A stretch of 32,000 bases of DNA from Candidatus Brocadia sp. (lineage in GTDB: Bacteria > Planctomycetota > Brocadiia > Brocadiales > Brocadiaceae), in NCBI GenBank assembly GCA_021650915.1, contig CP091279.1:2730001-2762000 (forward strand), given 5' to 3'. Shown in pieces: positions 1 to 7,420 of the stretch. Both the position numbers and the translations under genes were made by a program. The stretch's first letter is position 1. Every line of letters begins with the position of its first letter. The notes under the pieces were generated by a model. The model was not told the DNA's origin and did no database searches. It saw only the letters and a list, made by a program, of their open reading frames with translations.

Positions 1-398
1 AAAGGAGAGACGACATTCCCCTCCTTTCTAATTTTTTTGTTATTAAGTACATAAAAAAGTATAAAAAGGAGATCAGGGGATTTGATCCTGATGCAATGGA
101 GGCACTTTGTTTGTATCAATGGCCGGGAAACGTGAGGGAGCTGGAAAACGTCATGGAAAGGGCTGTCGTGCTCTGTAAAAAAAGCATGATCGCCATCGAC
201 CTTCTGCCCAAAAACATTGTTCCAAACAAGGAAGATGTCTCTATGATCAAAATTCCCCTGGGCACTTCTCTAAAAGAAGCCGAAAAGGAAATTATCCAAA
301 AGACACTTCAGATGGCGCAGGGAAGTAAGAAGGAAGCCGCAAAAATATTGGGTATCTCGAGCAGAAAAATTGAATATAAAGTAAAGGAGTGGAGTTAG
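1..398 (+). CDS. sigma-54-dependent (NtrC/Fis-family) transcriptional activator, C-terminal part; the 5' end lies outside the window
   Basis: Frame 3 is open from base 3 (RRDDIPLLSNFFVIKYIKKYKKEIRGFDPDAMEALCLYQWPGNVRELENVMERAVVL), which is the end of an AAA+ sigma-54 activator domain. A Fis-type HTH follows (KKEAAKILGISSRKIEYKVKEW). The ATG at 96 in the ORF track is internal. Confidence 0.85.
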   Translation, partial: RRDDIPLLSNFFVIKYIKKYKKEIRGFDPDAMEALCLYQWPGNVRELENVMERAVVLCKKSMIAIDLLPKNIVPNKEDVSMIKIPLGTSLKEAEKEIIQKTLQMAQGSKKEAAKILGISSRKIEYKVKEWS

Positions 399-576
399 AA
401 GCGAAATTTTTTCAAGCATCTTTTTCCTGTCTGCCTGGATTTCCGCAAAATTTTCATTTAATACGCCCCTCTTGTAAAAGCATCTCTTTCGGGTCATCGC
501 ATCACATAAAAAGACGCACGGTTTAAAGATATTCAAAAAATATACTTATGACTTTTGTGCGGCTTAAAATGGCAAT

Positions 577-592
577 TGGCATATCTTTTGTT
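577..592 (+). promoter_or_regulatory. candidate sigma-54 (-24/-12) promoter upstream of the protoglobin gene
   Basis: TGGCAT-N5-TTGTT has the correct GG-N10 spacing, but the -12 element reads GT rather than the consensus GC. It lies about 95 nt upstream of the ATG at 686 and directly downstream of a sigma-54 activator gene. Confidence 0.3.
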
Positions 593-685
593 ATTTTGAA
601 AAACGGCATGAGTATCTTATGGTGAAGATACATGCCGCATTTTAGAATTAACATTTTTTGGTTTTACAAGGAGGGTGAATAGCGT

Positions 686-1339
686 ATGTCAATTATGTCA
701 GATGCGTATATGAAAATGTTTCCGATGGAAGCAGAGAAGAAGGTTTCGGCTGGCAAGCGTAATCCTGTTTTGGAAGTGCCTGAGTTTAACACGGCATGGA
801 AGCTTTACCGGGATACCAGTTTGGATATTGTGAAACGTTACGAATACATGGCTCAATGTGTCGGCTTTACTGATAAGGATACTGCGGCTATTAAGGAATC
901 AAAGGATATTATAGCTGCAAATTTGAAGGCAATCCTTGATCATATCTATTATGAAAAACTCATAACCGACCCATGGCTCTCAAGATGGTTCAGAGACGAT
1001 AGTGGCAAAATAGCCAGGGAGTACGTTGACATAAGACGGGCAAGACAACAAAGGTTCCTGCTTAAGATACTGGAGTGTAAATGGGATGAGGAATTCTGGA
1101 ATTTTGTGCGCTGGGTGGGGGCTGTGCATGTGCCCATCTTTGGTTTCGAAGATCTTTATATACCGATAAGGCTGAATCTCGCCTTATGGGGGTATATACA
1201 TCAATATTTGTTCAACCTCTTTGCTCAGGAACTAAAAAATGATCCGGAAAAACTGCGCAGGATCACAACCGCGTGGACAAAACTTTTTTGGATAATTATC
1301 GACATTTATCACATCGATTATTTTGGTCCCTGGATGTAA
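686..1339 (+). CDS. protoglobin-family (globin-coupled-sensor-type globin domain) protein, single domain
   Basis: The 217-aa ORF has a strong SD (AAGGAGGGTGA) upstream. By eye, the pattern GFTDKDTAAIKE..ILDHIYYEKLITDPWLSRWF..YVDIRRARQQRFLLKIL..WDEEFWNFVRWVGAVHV aligns position by position with archaeal protoglobin (F-T-x-x-D..ILD..Y..P.L..F..G..Y..R.R....L...D........G..H). Confidence 0.7.
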   Translation: MSIMSDAYMKMFPMEAEKKVSAGKRNPVLEVPEFNTAWKLYRDTSLDIVKRYEYMAQCVGFTDKDTAAIKESKDIIAANLKAILDHIYYEKLITDPWLSRWFRDDSGKIAREYVDIRRARQQRFLLKILECKWDEEFWNFVRWVGAVHVPIFGFEDLYIPIRLNLALWGYIHQYLFNLFAQELKNDPEKLRRITTAWTKLFWIIIDIYHIDYFGPWM

Positions 1340-1369
1340 TGTTTTCATGAGACATTCGGTGGTTTTCCG

Positions 1370-1406
1370 CCCCATACTCCCTCGTTTACGCGAGGGAGTA
1401 TAGGGG
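1370..1406 (+). terminator. strong hairpin after the protoglobin gene; possible terminator or processing site
   Basis: CCCCATACTCCCTCG-loop-CGAGGGAGTATAGGGG forms a 15-bp stem with one bulge. The downstream U-tract is imperfect (GATGTTTGAAATTTTTT). Confidence 0.4.
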
Positions 1407-1472
1407 ATGTTTGAAATTTTTTAGCATCAGGCGTAGGGAGAATATCCTGAGAAATGAGGAGGAGGCGCTCCT

Positions 1473-1670
1473 ATGAAGAAATCTGTTGTCTGGTTTGAAG
1501 AGAGTTGTATTAAGTGTGCAATGTGTGCTGAAGAAGCTCCTGAAGTTATTGAGTTTGAAGAAACGGGCGGGCCGAGGTTAAAGGAGGGGGTTGATATTAC
1601 CCAGCATAGTGAAAAGATCAAGCGGGCTGCTCAGTATTGCCCGAAAGATTGTATAAAACATCATTTATAA
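1473..1670 (+). CDS. small single-cluster [4Fe-4S]/[3Fe-4S] ferredoxin
   Basis: 65 aa carrying CIKCAMCAEEAP ... AAQYCPKDCI (CxxCxxC...CP). SD GGAGGAGG lies 8-9 nt upstream of the ATG. Confidence 0.75.
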   Translation: MKKSVVWFEESCIKCAMCAEEAPEVIEFEETGGPRLKEGVDITQHSEKIKRAAQYCPKDCIKHHL

Positions 1671-1710
1671 TTGCCATTTGAATAAATTTTTCTTTGTCAA
1701 ATCGTTCTAT

Positions 1711-1880
1711 AAAAACTTTTGTAACACTTTAGTTTTTTGAAAAGGTAGGGGCGAAGCATTTGCCTGCTTGGGGTGTGCAGGCATTTATGCCAATTGATGG
1801 CAAATGCTTCGCCCCTACACCGTGCGGAAACATCGTTGTTGTTGCCATTTTTCAAAAAATTAAATTGTTACAAACTTTTT
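1711..1880. repeat. MITE-like nested inverted-repeat element (copy A)
   Basis: The outer roughly 30-bp inverted repeats are TTTGTAACACTTTAGTTTTTTGAAAA and TTTTCAAAAAATTAAATTGTTACAAA. The inner perfect 20-nt stem is GTAGGGGCGAAGCATTTGCC (1745-1764) paired with GGCAAATGCTTCGCCCCTAC (1799-1818). Related copies lie at 6211-6341 and 10445-10570. Confidence 0.7.
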
Positions 1881-2038
1881 TATATGAGATAAATATATTC
1901 GGTGTACAGAAAATCTCTGCCCGCTTTTTTCAATGAAAGGTTGTGCTGCGAGACACCAAAAGTTATGATACTATGCGGAACGCCATTGGCATATTGAAGC
2001 CACTCTCCCAAGATGAAGAGGAAATAAGGAGTAGTTGA
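1881..2038 (+). pseudogene. decayed Phd/YefM-type antitoxin gene (copy A): N-terminus cut by the MITE-like element, with an in-frame TGA at 1934
   Basis: The in-frame translation LYEINIFGVQKISARFFQ*KVVLRDTKSYDTMRNAIGILKPLSQDEEEIRSS* aligns without gaps to copy B at 5806-6005 (..QINETHRAVIITQRGEPKVV-LQDPESYENVRNAMGILKLLSQVEEG..). The VVL.D..SY....N is the typical antitoxin core. Confidence 0.5.
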
Positions 2039-2106
2039 TAGCGAAATTTTTAAACCCTTTCGGTTTGCATCTCTATTCCTGAGAAAAATGTCCAGCATAT
2101 ATCAAG

Positions 2107-4773
2107 ATGATTATGAATGTTGAGCTAAATGCAATAGTTATGCCCAATGGCGCATTGCAGTTGGAGTGGAATGAGGTTCCTGAACAGATAGACAAAAGCC
2201 AGCAACTATTGCAAAAAGAGATATACAGACGTTTTAAAACCGATCTAAAATCCGGCCTCCTATTTTTGAGTTTTTCAGACCAGACGATACCCCTCTCACC
2301 ATCACTCGATTATTGGCGTTCGTTTACCGGTGAATTTGCCAGAAGAATTCGCCAGACACCGGAATTGGAAGATATCCGAAGTAAGCTAACTATTCCCTTA
2401 GAAAAAGAGAGCATTGCTGAAATGCTGTCCCGCGCGCCATTAATGACGGGGCAGGAGTACCTGAACGCAGAATTTCTCGAACTCCTCTGGTCGATGCTCA
2501 ACGCGCAGTTTCAATATGAAGTAAGCAATTACAAGGGGACGGTCGAAGATTTTATCCATACCTACAGCCCCGACGTGCACCTTGTGGGGCGCATATATTT
2601 TCATCTCGTTGAAAACAAAAACCAGGACTATCCTTTTGCCTTCCTTGCCACCTATTCAACACAAACAGATAAACAGGGCAAGTCAAAACACCTGCCCCTG
2701 AAACACGCATTGACTGAGTATGGCAAAGAAAGCGGCAGGCTGCTGGAGCTTCTTTCCACCGTTCACCTCGCCGCAAAAGAAAGCGCGCTTATCTCAGGCC
2801 TTCTTGAATCCGGCGAACTGTTTCATCCGTTGGCATGGGGCGAGAAGGATGCGTACCGTTTTCTGAAGGAAATTCCCCTCTATGAAAAATACGGTATCTT
2901 GTGCCGGATTCCTAACTGGTGGAAACAGGCGTCCTCCCCATGGAAGGTAACCATTCAGATGGGCAGTAAGGGCGAGGCCATTGTTGGAATGGATGCCGTG
3001 CTTGATTTCCACGTGGGGCTGTTTCTGGATGACGCGCCTGTTACCGATGAGGAGGCGCGGCGGTTACTGGAGGAAACGGATGGTCTGGCCTTTATTAAGG
3101 GTAAATGGATTGCTGTGGATACCGAGAAGCTGAAGCAAACCCTCGATGCTTATGAAAGCGCCCGCAAATTGATGGAAAATCAAAACCTCAGTTTGCGTGA
3201 CACCCTAAGGCTTCAATTGTACTCAAACAATATGCTGGGCTTGCCCGGCGATGAAGACGTCATCAGGGTGTCAAATGGCGAATGGCTGGAACAGGTTATG
3301 GGGAAGCTGGCGAACCTGGATTTGATCCCACCGGTACGTCTGGATGCCAGCTTTAAGGCTCAGCTCAGGCCGTATCAGGAAAAAGGGGTGAATTGGCTCT
3401 GTTTCCTTGATTCTTTGCGTTTCGGGGCGTGCCTGGCAGATGATATGGGGCTTGGCAAGACGATACAGATATTAGCTTTTTTACATATCCTGAAAAACAG
3501 GAGGCAGAAAAATGCCAGCCTGCTGATAATTCCCGCTTCGCTTATTTCAAACTGGAGCAGCGAGATAGACCGTTTTACCCCCGGTATGAAAGTCTTTATC
3601 GCCCATCCCGAGGCGCACCGTGATAAAAAAGTCGATGTGAAAGACGAGGCGACGCTGAACGAATTGGATCTGGTAATTACAACCTACGCGCTCGTTCAGA
3701 GGTATGAATGGCTGAAGACCTATTCCTGGAATTACGTGATACTGGACGAGGCCCAGGCAATAAAAAATCCTGGCACACAACAGACCAGGGGTGTAAAAAA
3801 ACTGAAGGCGAAAAATAGAATTATCATGACGGGGACTCCCATTGAAAACCGGTTGACCGATCTGTGGTCGCTCTTTGATTTTCTCAATTCCGGCCTGCTG
3901 GGGACGGCGAGCGAGTTCAACGAATTTGCAAGTAAGGTGAAGAAATCACACAACGGATATGCCAGGCTGAAGAAGATAATCTGTCCTTATATTCTGCGAA
4001 GATTGAAGACTGATAAATCCGTCATCTCCGATTTGCCGGATAAGGTCGAAATGCCCTCGTATGCCGGTTTAAGCAAGAAGCAGATAGTCTTGTACCAAAA
4101 TGCCGTCCGGGAATTAGCCAAAAGGATTGAAAGTCTGGAGGGAGTGCAGCGCAAAGGGATCGTATTGGCGTCGTTAATGAAATTCAAGCAGCTTTGCAAT
4201 CATCCCGATCAGTTTCTTGGAACCGGCGTATATGATGAGGCAGACAGCGGGAAGTTTTTACGGTTGCGCGAAATTTGCGAAACAATCCACGAGAAGCGCG
4301 AGAAGGTATTGGTCTTTACCCAATTCAAGGAGATAACCGGACCTTTACACGCATTTTTGAAAACGATATTTGAACGGGAAGGACTGGTACTGCATGGCAG
4401 CACCGCCGTTGGGATGCGGAAGAAGCTTGTGGAGCAATTTCAGGGTGGCGAGTACATTCCTTATATGGTATTATCGCTAAAGGCAGGGGGGGTTGGCCTG
4501 AATCTGACGGAGGCAAATCACGTGATCCACTTTGACCGATGGTGGAATCCCGCTGTTGAAAACCAGGCGACGGACAGGGCGTTTCGCATCGGGCAAAAGA
4601 AAAACGTTATCGTGCATAAATTCATAACGAAGGGCACCATAGAGGAGAAAATCAACGACATGCTGTGCGAGAAGGCAAAAATGACGGCAGACGTCATACA
4701 GGTTACCGGCGAGTCATTGATTACGGAAATGGGCAATAGCGAGCTGATGGAGCTTTTCAGGCTGACCTTGTAG
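2107..4773 (+). CDS. SNF2-family helicase/translocase (HelZ-like, with a long N-terminal domain)
   Basis: 888 aa with SNF2 motifs: LADDMGLGKTIQ (I), VILDEAQAIKN (II), MTGTPIENRL (III), and GGVGLNLTEANHVIHFDRWWNPAVENQATDRAFRIGQKK (V-VI). Confidence 0.9.
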   Translation: MIMNVELNAIVMPNGALQLEWNEVPEQIDKSQQLLQKEIYRRFKTDLKSGLLFLSFSDQTIPLSPSLDYWRSFTGEFARRIRQTPELEDIRSKLTIPLEKESIAEMLSRAPLMTGQEYLNAEFLELLWSMLNAQFQYEVSNYKGTVEDFIHTYSPDVHLVGRIYFHLVENKNQDYPFAFLATYSTQTDKQGKSKHLPLKHALTEYGKESGRLLELLSTVHLAAKESALISGLLESGELFHPLAWGEKDAYRFLKEIPLYEKYGILCRIPNWWKQASSPWKVTIQMGSKGEAIVGMDAVLDFHVGLFLDDAPVTDEEARRLLEETDGLAFIKGKWIAVDTEKLKQTLDAYESARKLMENQNLSLRDTLRLQLYSNNMLGLPGDEDVIRVSNGEWLEQVMGKLANLDLIPPVRLDASFKAQLRPYQEKGVNWLCFLDSLRFGACLADDMGLGKTIQILAFLHILKNRRQKNASLLIIPASLISNWSSEIDRFTPGMKVFIAHPEAHRDKKVDVKDEATLNELDLVITTYALVQRYEWLKTYSWNYVILDEAQAIKNPGTQQTRGVKKLKAKNRIIMTGTPIENRLTDLWSLFDFLNSGLLGTASEFNEFASKVKKSHNGYARLKKIICPYILRRLKTDKSVISDLPDKVEMPSYAGLSKKQIVLYQNAVRELAKRIESLEGVQRKGIVLASLMKFKQLCNHPDQFLGTGVYDEADSGKFLRLREICETIHEKREKVLVFTQFKEITGPLHAFLKTIFEREGLVLHGSTAVGMRKKLVEQFQGGEYIPYMVLSLKAGGVGLNLTEANHVIHFDRWWNPAVENQATDRAFRIGQKKNVIVHKFITKGTIEEKINDMLCEKAKMTADVIQVTGESLITEMGNSELMELFRLTL

Positions 4774-4807
4774 GTAACGTACCTGGAGAAAATTTAAGGA
4801 GGCAATT

Positions 4808-5797
4808 ATGAGTTTCTGGGGGTTTCCGCGATATATCTCCGTGGGAGAAAAACAGCAGCGGGCGAAGAAGAAATTAGAGCAGTTAATGAAGAAAAATAAG
4901 GACATCCAGCCCGTGAGAATAGAAGGCACAGCCATTGCAAAAACATGGTGGGGGAAGGCATGGAACAAGAATCTGGAGTCGTATGCTGATTACAGCAACC
5001 GCATCGGCCGCGGGCGGAGCTATGTGCGCTGCGGATCCGTGCTTGATCTCCAGATACAGGAAGGGCACGTCAAGTCGCTGGTGCAGGGTTCAGATTCAGA
5101 ACCGTATTCCATTGTTATAAAAATAAAGGCGCTCGAAGAAGATATTTGGAAAGAGATAAAAGATTTTTGTGCGGGCAAACTCGATTCACTGCAGGAACTG
5201 TTGATGGGGAAATTTCCAAAAGACCTGGGTGAGATGTTTACCACCTGTGGAAAGGGATTATTCCCGTCACCGAAGGAGATTGATTTTGATTGCAGCTGTC
5301 CCGATTTTGCGAGTATGTGCAAACACGTCGCGGCAACTCTTTATGGAGTCGGAGCGCGGCTGGATCATGCGCCGAATCTGTTCTTTCTGCTGAGAAAAAT
5401 AGAAATCGGTGATTTGATATCTGAAACAATGAGAGACAAAACAGAAGAGTTGCTTACCCTGGCGGAGAAGAAGAGTCAGCGAATCCTTGAAGGCCAGGAT
5501 TTGTCGTCCGTTTTTGGCATCGAGATGGACACTGTTCCCGATTTTGAAAGGAAAAATGAAGGGGACGCTGCAAGCAAAACTGCATCCCTGGAAAAGATAA
5601 AGGCTACGGCAAAAACGCGAAAAACTCCGCCAAAAAAGCCTCTGCATGGACCCAAAAGCCAGGTGATACAAAAGTCTGGAAGGAAAACAACAAAGAAAAC
5701 AAAGAAGGTCGCCACATCGAAGGCTGTAAAAGGAAAGGCTGCTAAAAAGCCAGCAAAAAAGTTGCCGAAAAAAGCCGCCAGGAAATTCAGAGCATAG
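4808..5797 (+). CDS. SWIM zinc-finger protein with a lysine-rich, histone-H1-like C-terminal tail
   Basis: SD AAGGAGG lies upstream. The SWIM signature is CSCPDFASMCKHVAATLY (CxC..CxH). The last roughly 75 aa are K/A/P/T-rich (KKTKKVATSKAVKGKAAKKPAKKLPKKAARKFRA). It sits 34 nt after the SNF2 gene, which is the classic SNF2+SWIM gene pair. Confidence 0.85.
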   Translation: MSFWGFPRYISVGEKQQRAKKKLEQLMKKNKDIQPVRIEGTAIAKTWWGKAWNKNLESYADYSNRIGRGRSYVRCGSVLDLQIQEGHVKSLVQGSDSEPYSIVIKIKALEEDIWKEIKDFCAGKLDSLQELLMGKFPKDLGEMFTTCGKGLFPSPKEIDFDCSCPDFASMCKHVAATLYGVGARLDHAPNLFFLLRKIEIGDLISETMRDKTEELLTLAEKKSQRILEGQDLSSVFGIEMDTVPDFERKNEGDAASKTASLEKIKATAKTRKTPPKKPLHGPKSQVIQKSGRKTTKKTKKVATSKAVKGKAAKKPAKKLPKKAARKFRA

Positions 5798-5805
5798 TAA
5801 AAACA

Positions 5806-6005
5806 ATGGAAGATGCGGCGCCAGACCTTTATGCCGATTTGCTAAAGCAAATAAACGAAACCCATCGGGCTGTTATCATTACCCAGAGGGGGGAGCCCAA
5901 GGTTGTCTGCAAGACCCTGAAAGTTATGAGAATGTGCGGAATGCCATGGGAATATTGAAGCTGCTCTCCCAGGTCGAAGAGGGCATGATGAGCAGGCAGG
6001 AATAG
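5806..6005 (+). pseudogene. frameshifted Phd/YefM-type antitoxin gene (copy B)
   Basis: The ATG at 5806 gives MEDAAPDLYADLLKQINETHRAVIITQRGEPKVV, and the homologous continuation LQDPESYENVRNAMGILKLLSQVEEGMMSRQE* is then in another frame (stop at 6003-6005). A 1-nt deletion near 5905 (GTTGT-CTGCAA) explains the break. Neither frame alone encodes the full domain. Confidence 0.55.
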
Positions 6006-6170
6006 CGAAATTTTTTTCAGGCCTTTCACTCCGGAATCTTTAGTATCGCAAATTTTTCGTTTTATAAGTATTTCCCCTTTTTCCCCCTTCCTCTACTTTA
6101 AAAAAATAACCATTCTTAACATTCTATCAAATACGAGCTTATATCAATTCTTTAATTATCAATTATCCAT

Positions 6171-6186
6171 TGGCACAATTGTTGTT
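6171..6186 (+). promoter_or_regulatory. second candidate sigma-54-type promoter
   Basis: TGGCAC-N5-TTGTT has the same architecture and the same non-consensus -12 (GT) as 577-592. The next + strand gene (response regulator, 6509) is about 320 nt away, with a repeat element in between. Confidence 0.25.
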
Positions 6187-6210
6187 AGTAAAACAAATCA
6201 AAGAATATAT

Positions 6211-6341
6211 TTTTGTTACACTTTCGTTTTTTTGAGAAAAATATAGCAGTGTAGAGACATATTGCAATGCGCCCTCACGTAAGACCGCAGAACATCGTTA
6301 TTGTTGAGATTTTTTCAAAAAACTAAATGATTCACATTTTT
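6211..6341. repeat. MITE-like element (copy B, degenerate)
   Basis: It shares the left arm TTTTGTTACACTTTCGTTTTTTTGAGAAAA, the right part ACATCGTTATTGTTGAGATTTTTTCAAAAAACTAAATGATTCACA, and the ..GCCCTCAC.. remnant of the inner stem. Most of the inner hairpin is lost. Confidence 0.55.
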
Positions 6342-6508
6342 GAATTAGGCCTTCGGCGACTTTTTATGAAAGGTTAAATCCACCCCTGAATCCCCTCCCA
6401 AGAGGGGACTTCTTTCGCCCGCTCTCGAGAGAGGGTTGGGGGTGTGTAAGGCAGAAGCAGAAAATTTGAAATTCCTATACGTTAAATTTTGCCCGATGAA
6501 CAACTTCT

Positions 6509-7009
6509 ATGACAAAACCCAGGCTGTTGCTGGTAGATGATGACAAGAACTCCCTTGATGGATTAATGAAGATATTACGGCATGATGGATTTTCTGTTTC
6601 TGGTGTGCTGTCGGCTTACGATGCTTTGAATCTCATCTCCCGGGAAAATTTTGACATCGTCTTAACAGACATGAAGATGCCGGGAATGGGTGGATTGTCA
6701 CTGATCCATGAAGTCAGAAAAAAGGAACTGTCGGTGGCAATCGTGGTAATTACCGCATATAGTTCTGAAAAGGCCGCTGCGGAGGCCGAAAAATATGGGG
6801 CGAACTATTATCTCAAAAAACCGGTGAATATCGAAGAACTGGAATGCATCATTGGAAAGCTCTGGGAGAAACAGCAGTTGATTGCGCGTAATCCTGCGGC
6901 AAAAGGAAATTTGAACAAAACACATAATTCGCCGGCTATGAATAAAAACAGAAAGGTAATCAGGCAATCTGATAAGGAGGGTGAACACGATATACACGAA
7001 TTCGTTTAG
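6509..7009 (+). CDS. single-domain response regulator (CheY-like receiver) with a short unstructured tail
   Basis: LLVDDDKNSL..DIVLTDMKMPGMGG..VVITAYSS..YLKKP carries the receiver acidic pocket, phospho-acceptor D and conserved T/K positions. No output domain is present. Confidence 0.85.
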   Translation: MTKPRLLLVDDDKNSLDGLMKILRHDGFSVSGVLSAYDALNLISRENFDIVLTDMKMPGMGGLSLIHEVRKKELSVAIVVITAYSSEKAAAEAEKYGANYYLKKPVNIEELECIIGKLWEKQQLIARNPAAKGNLNKTHNSPAMNKNRKVIRQSDKEGEHDIHEFV

Positions 7010-7079
7010 GGCAAGGATTGATACGTTTGCTTAAACAGTATTGAACGGGTTGTTAAAATTTTTTAGAAAGGAAAAGGGG

Positions 7080-7397
7080 ATGAAGACGTTAAAAAATTTA
7101 CTCGGTGTTGCTGCTGCAGTGGTATGTATGGGATTTGCGACCTCTTTTGCTGCGCCGGATGTTTTTGCAGGAGAGGCTAAAAAGGCAGAAGATTGGAATA
7201 TGACGCAGGACGAGCTGGAAGAAGAGGCGTTGATTGACGTTACCAATGGCGATGTCTTGGGTGAGCGCGCAAAAGACGGTGCGTGGGAGTTTCATCTTTA
7301 CACAACAGACGGGTATATAGAGATGACTAACGGTGAATTGGTATGGGTCTTTGGTTATACTCATGCCAAGGGTAGCTTTGAGAATGTGGGGAGGTAA
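7080..7397 (+). CDS. multicopper oxidase, N-terminal fragment (Sec signal peptide plus start of cupredoxin domain 1)
   Basis: The ATG at 7080 is preceded by AAGGA 7 nt upstream (the TTG at 7041 in the track is less likely). The signal peptide is MKTLKNLLGVAAAVVCMGFATSFA/AP. EFHLYTTDGYIEMTNGELVWVFGY is the usual first beta-strand region of MCOs. The ORF ends at TAA 7395-7397 right after a G4 run. Confidence 0.7.
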   Translation: MKTLKNLLGVAAAVVCMGFATSFAAPDVFAGEAKKAEDWNMTQDELEEEALIDVTNGDVLGERAKDGAWEFHLYTTDGYIEMTNGELVWVFGYTHAKGSFENVGR

Positions 7398-7420
7398 CGA
7401 CAAAAGAGGATGCTGAACGA

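Noticed and set aside
2310-4968. Many 60-85-aa minus-strand ORFs inside and just after the SNF2 gene
   Set aside because: They are antisense to a well-supported 888-aa helicase ORF with complete SNF2 motifs. Their translations are low-complexity and they have no SD. They are typical shadow ORFs.
2107-5797. SNF2 helicase as part of a DISARM/BREX-like defence system
   Set aside because: No methyltransferase, DUF1998, PglZ or other signature partner is adjacent. The partner is a SWIM zinc-finger protein, which is the common HelZ-type housekeeping or repair-like pair. The composition is host-like.
6381-6450. GC-rich nested palindromes (CCACCCCTGAATCCCCTCCCAAGAGGGGAC...CTCTCGAGAGAGGGTTGGGGGTGTG) as a possible riboswitch or ncRNA
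   Set aside because: It resembles a widespread class of GC-rich intergenic palindromic filler seen in many genomes. There is a single copy here, and I see neither a recognisable riboswitch core nor a coding frame.
7386-7397. Programmed -1 ribosomal frameshift in the multicopper oxidase gene
   Set aside because: I see no X-XXY-YYZ slippery heptamer and no obvious downstream pseudoknot. A 1-nt indel in the G4 run, whether a sequencing error or a mutation, is the simpler explanation.
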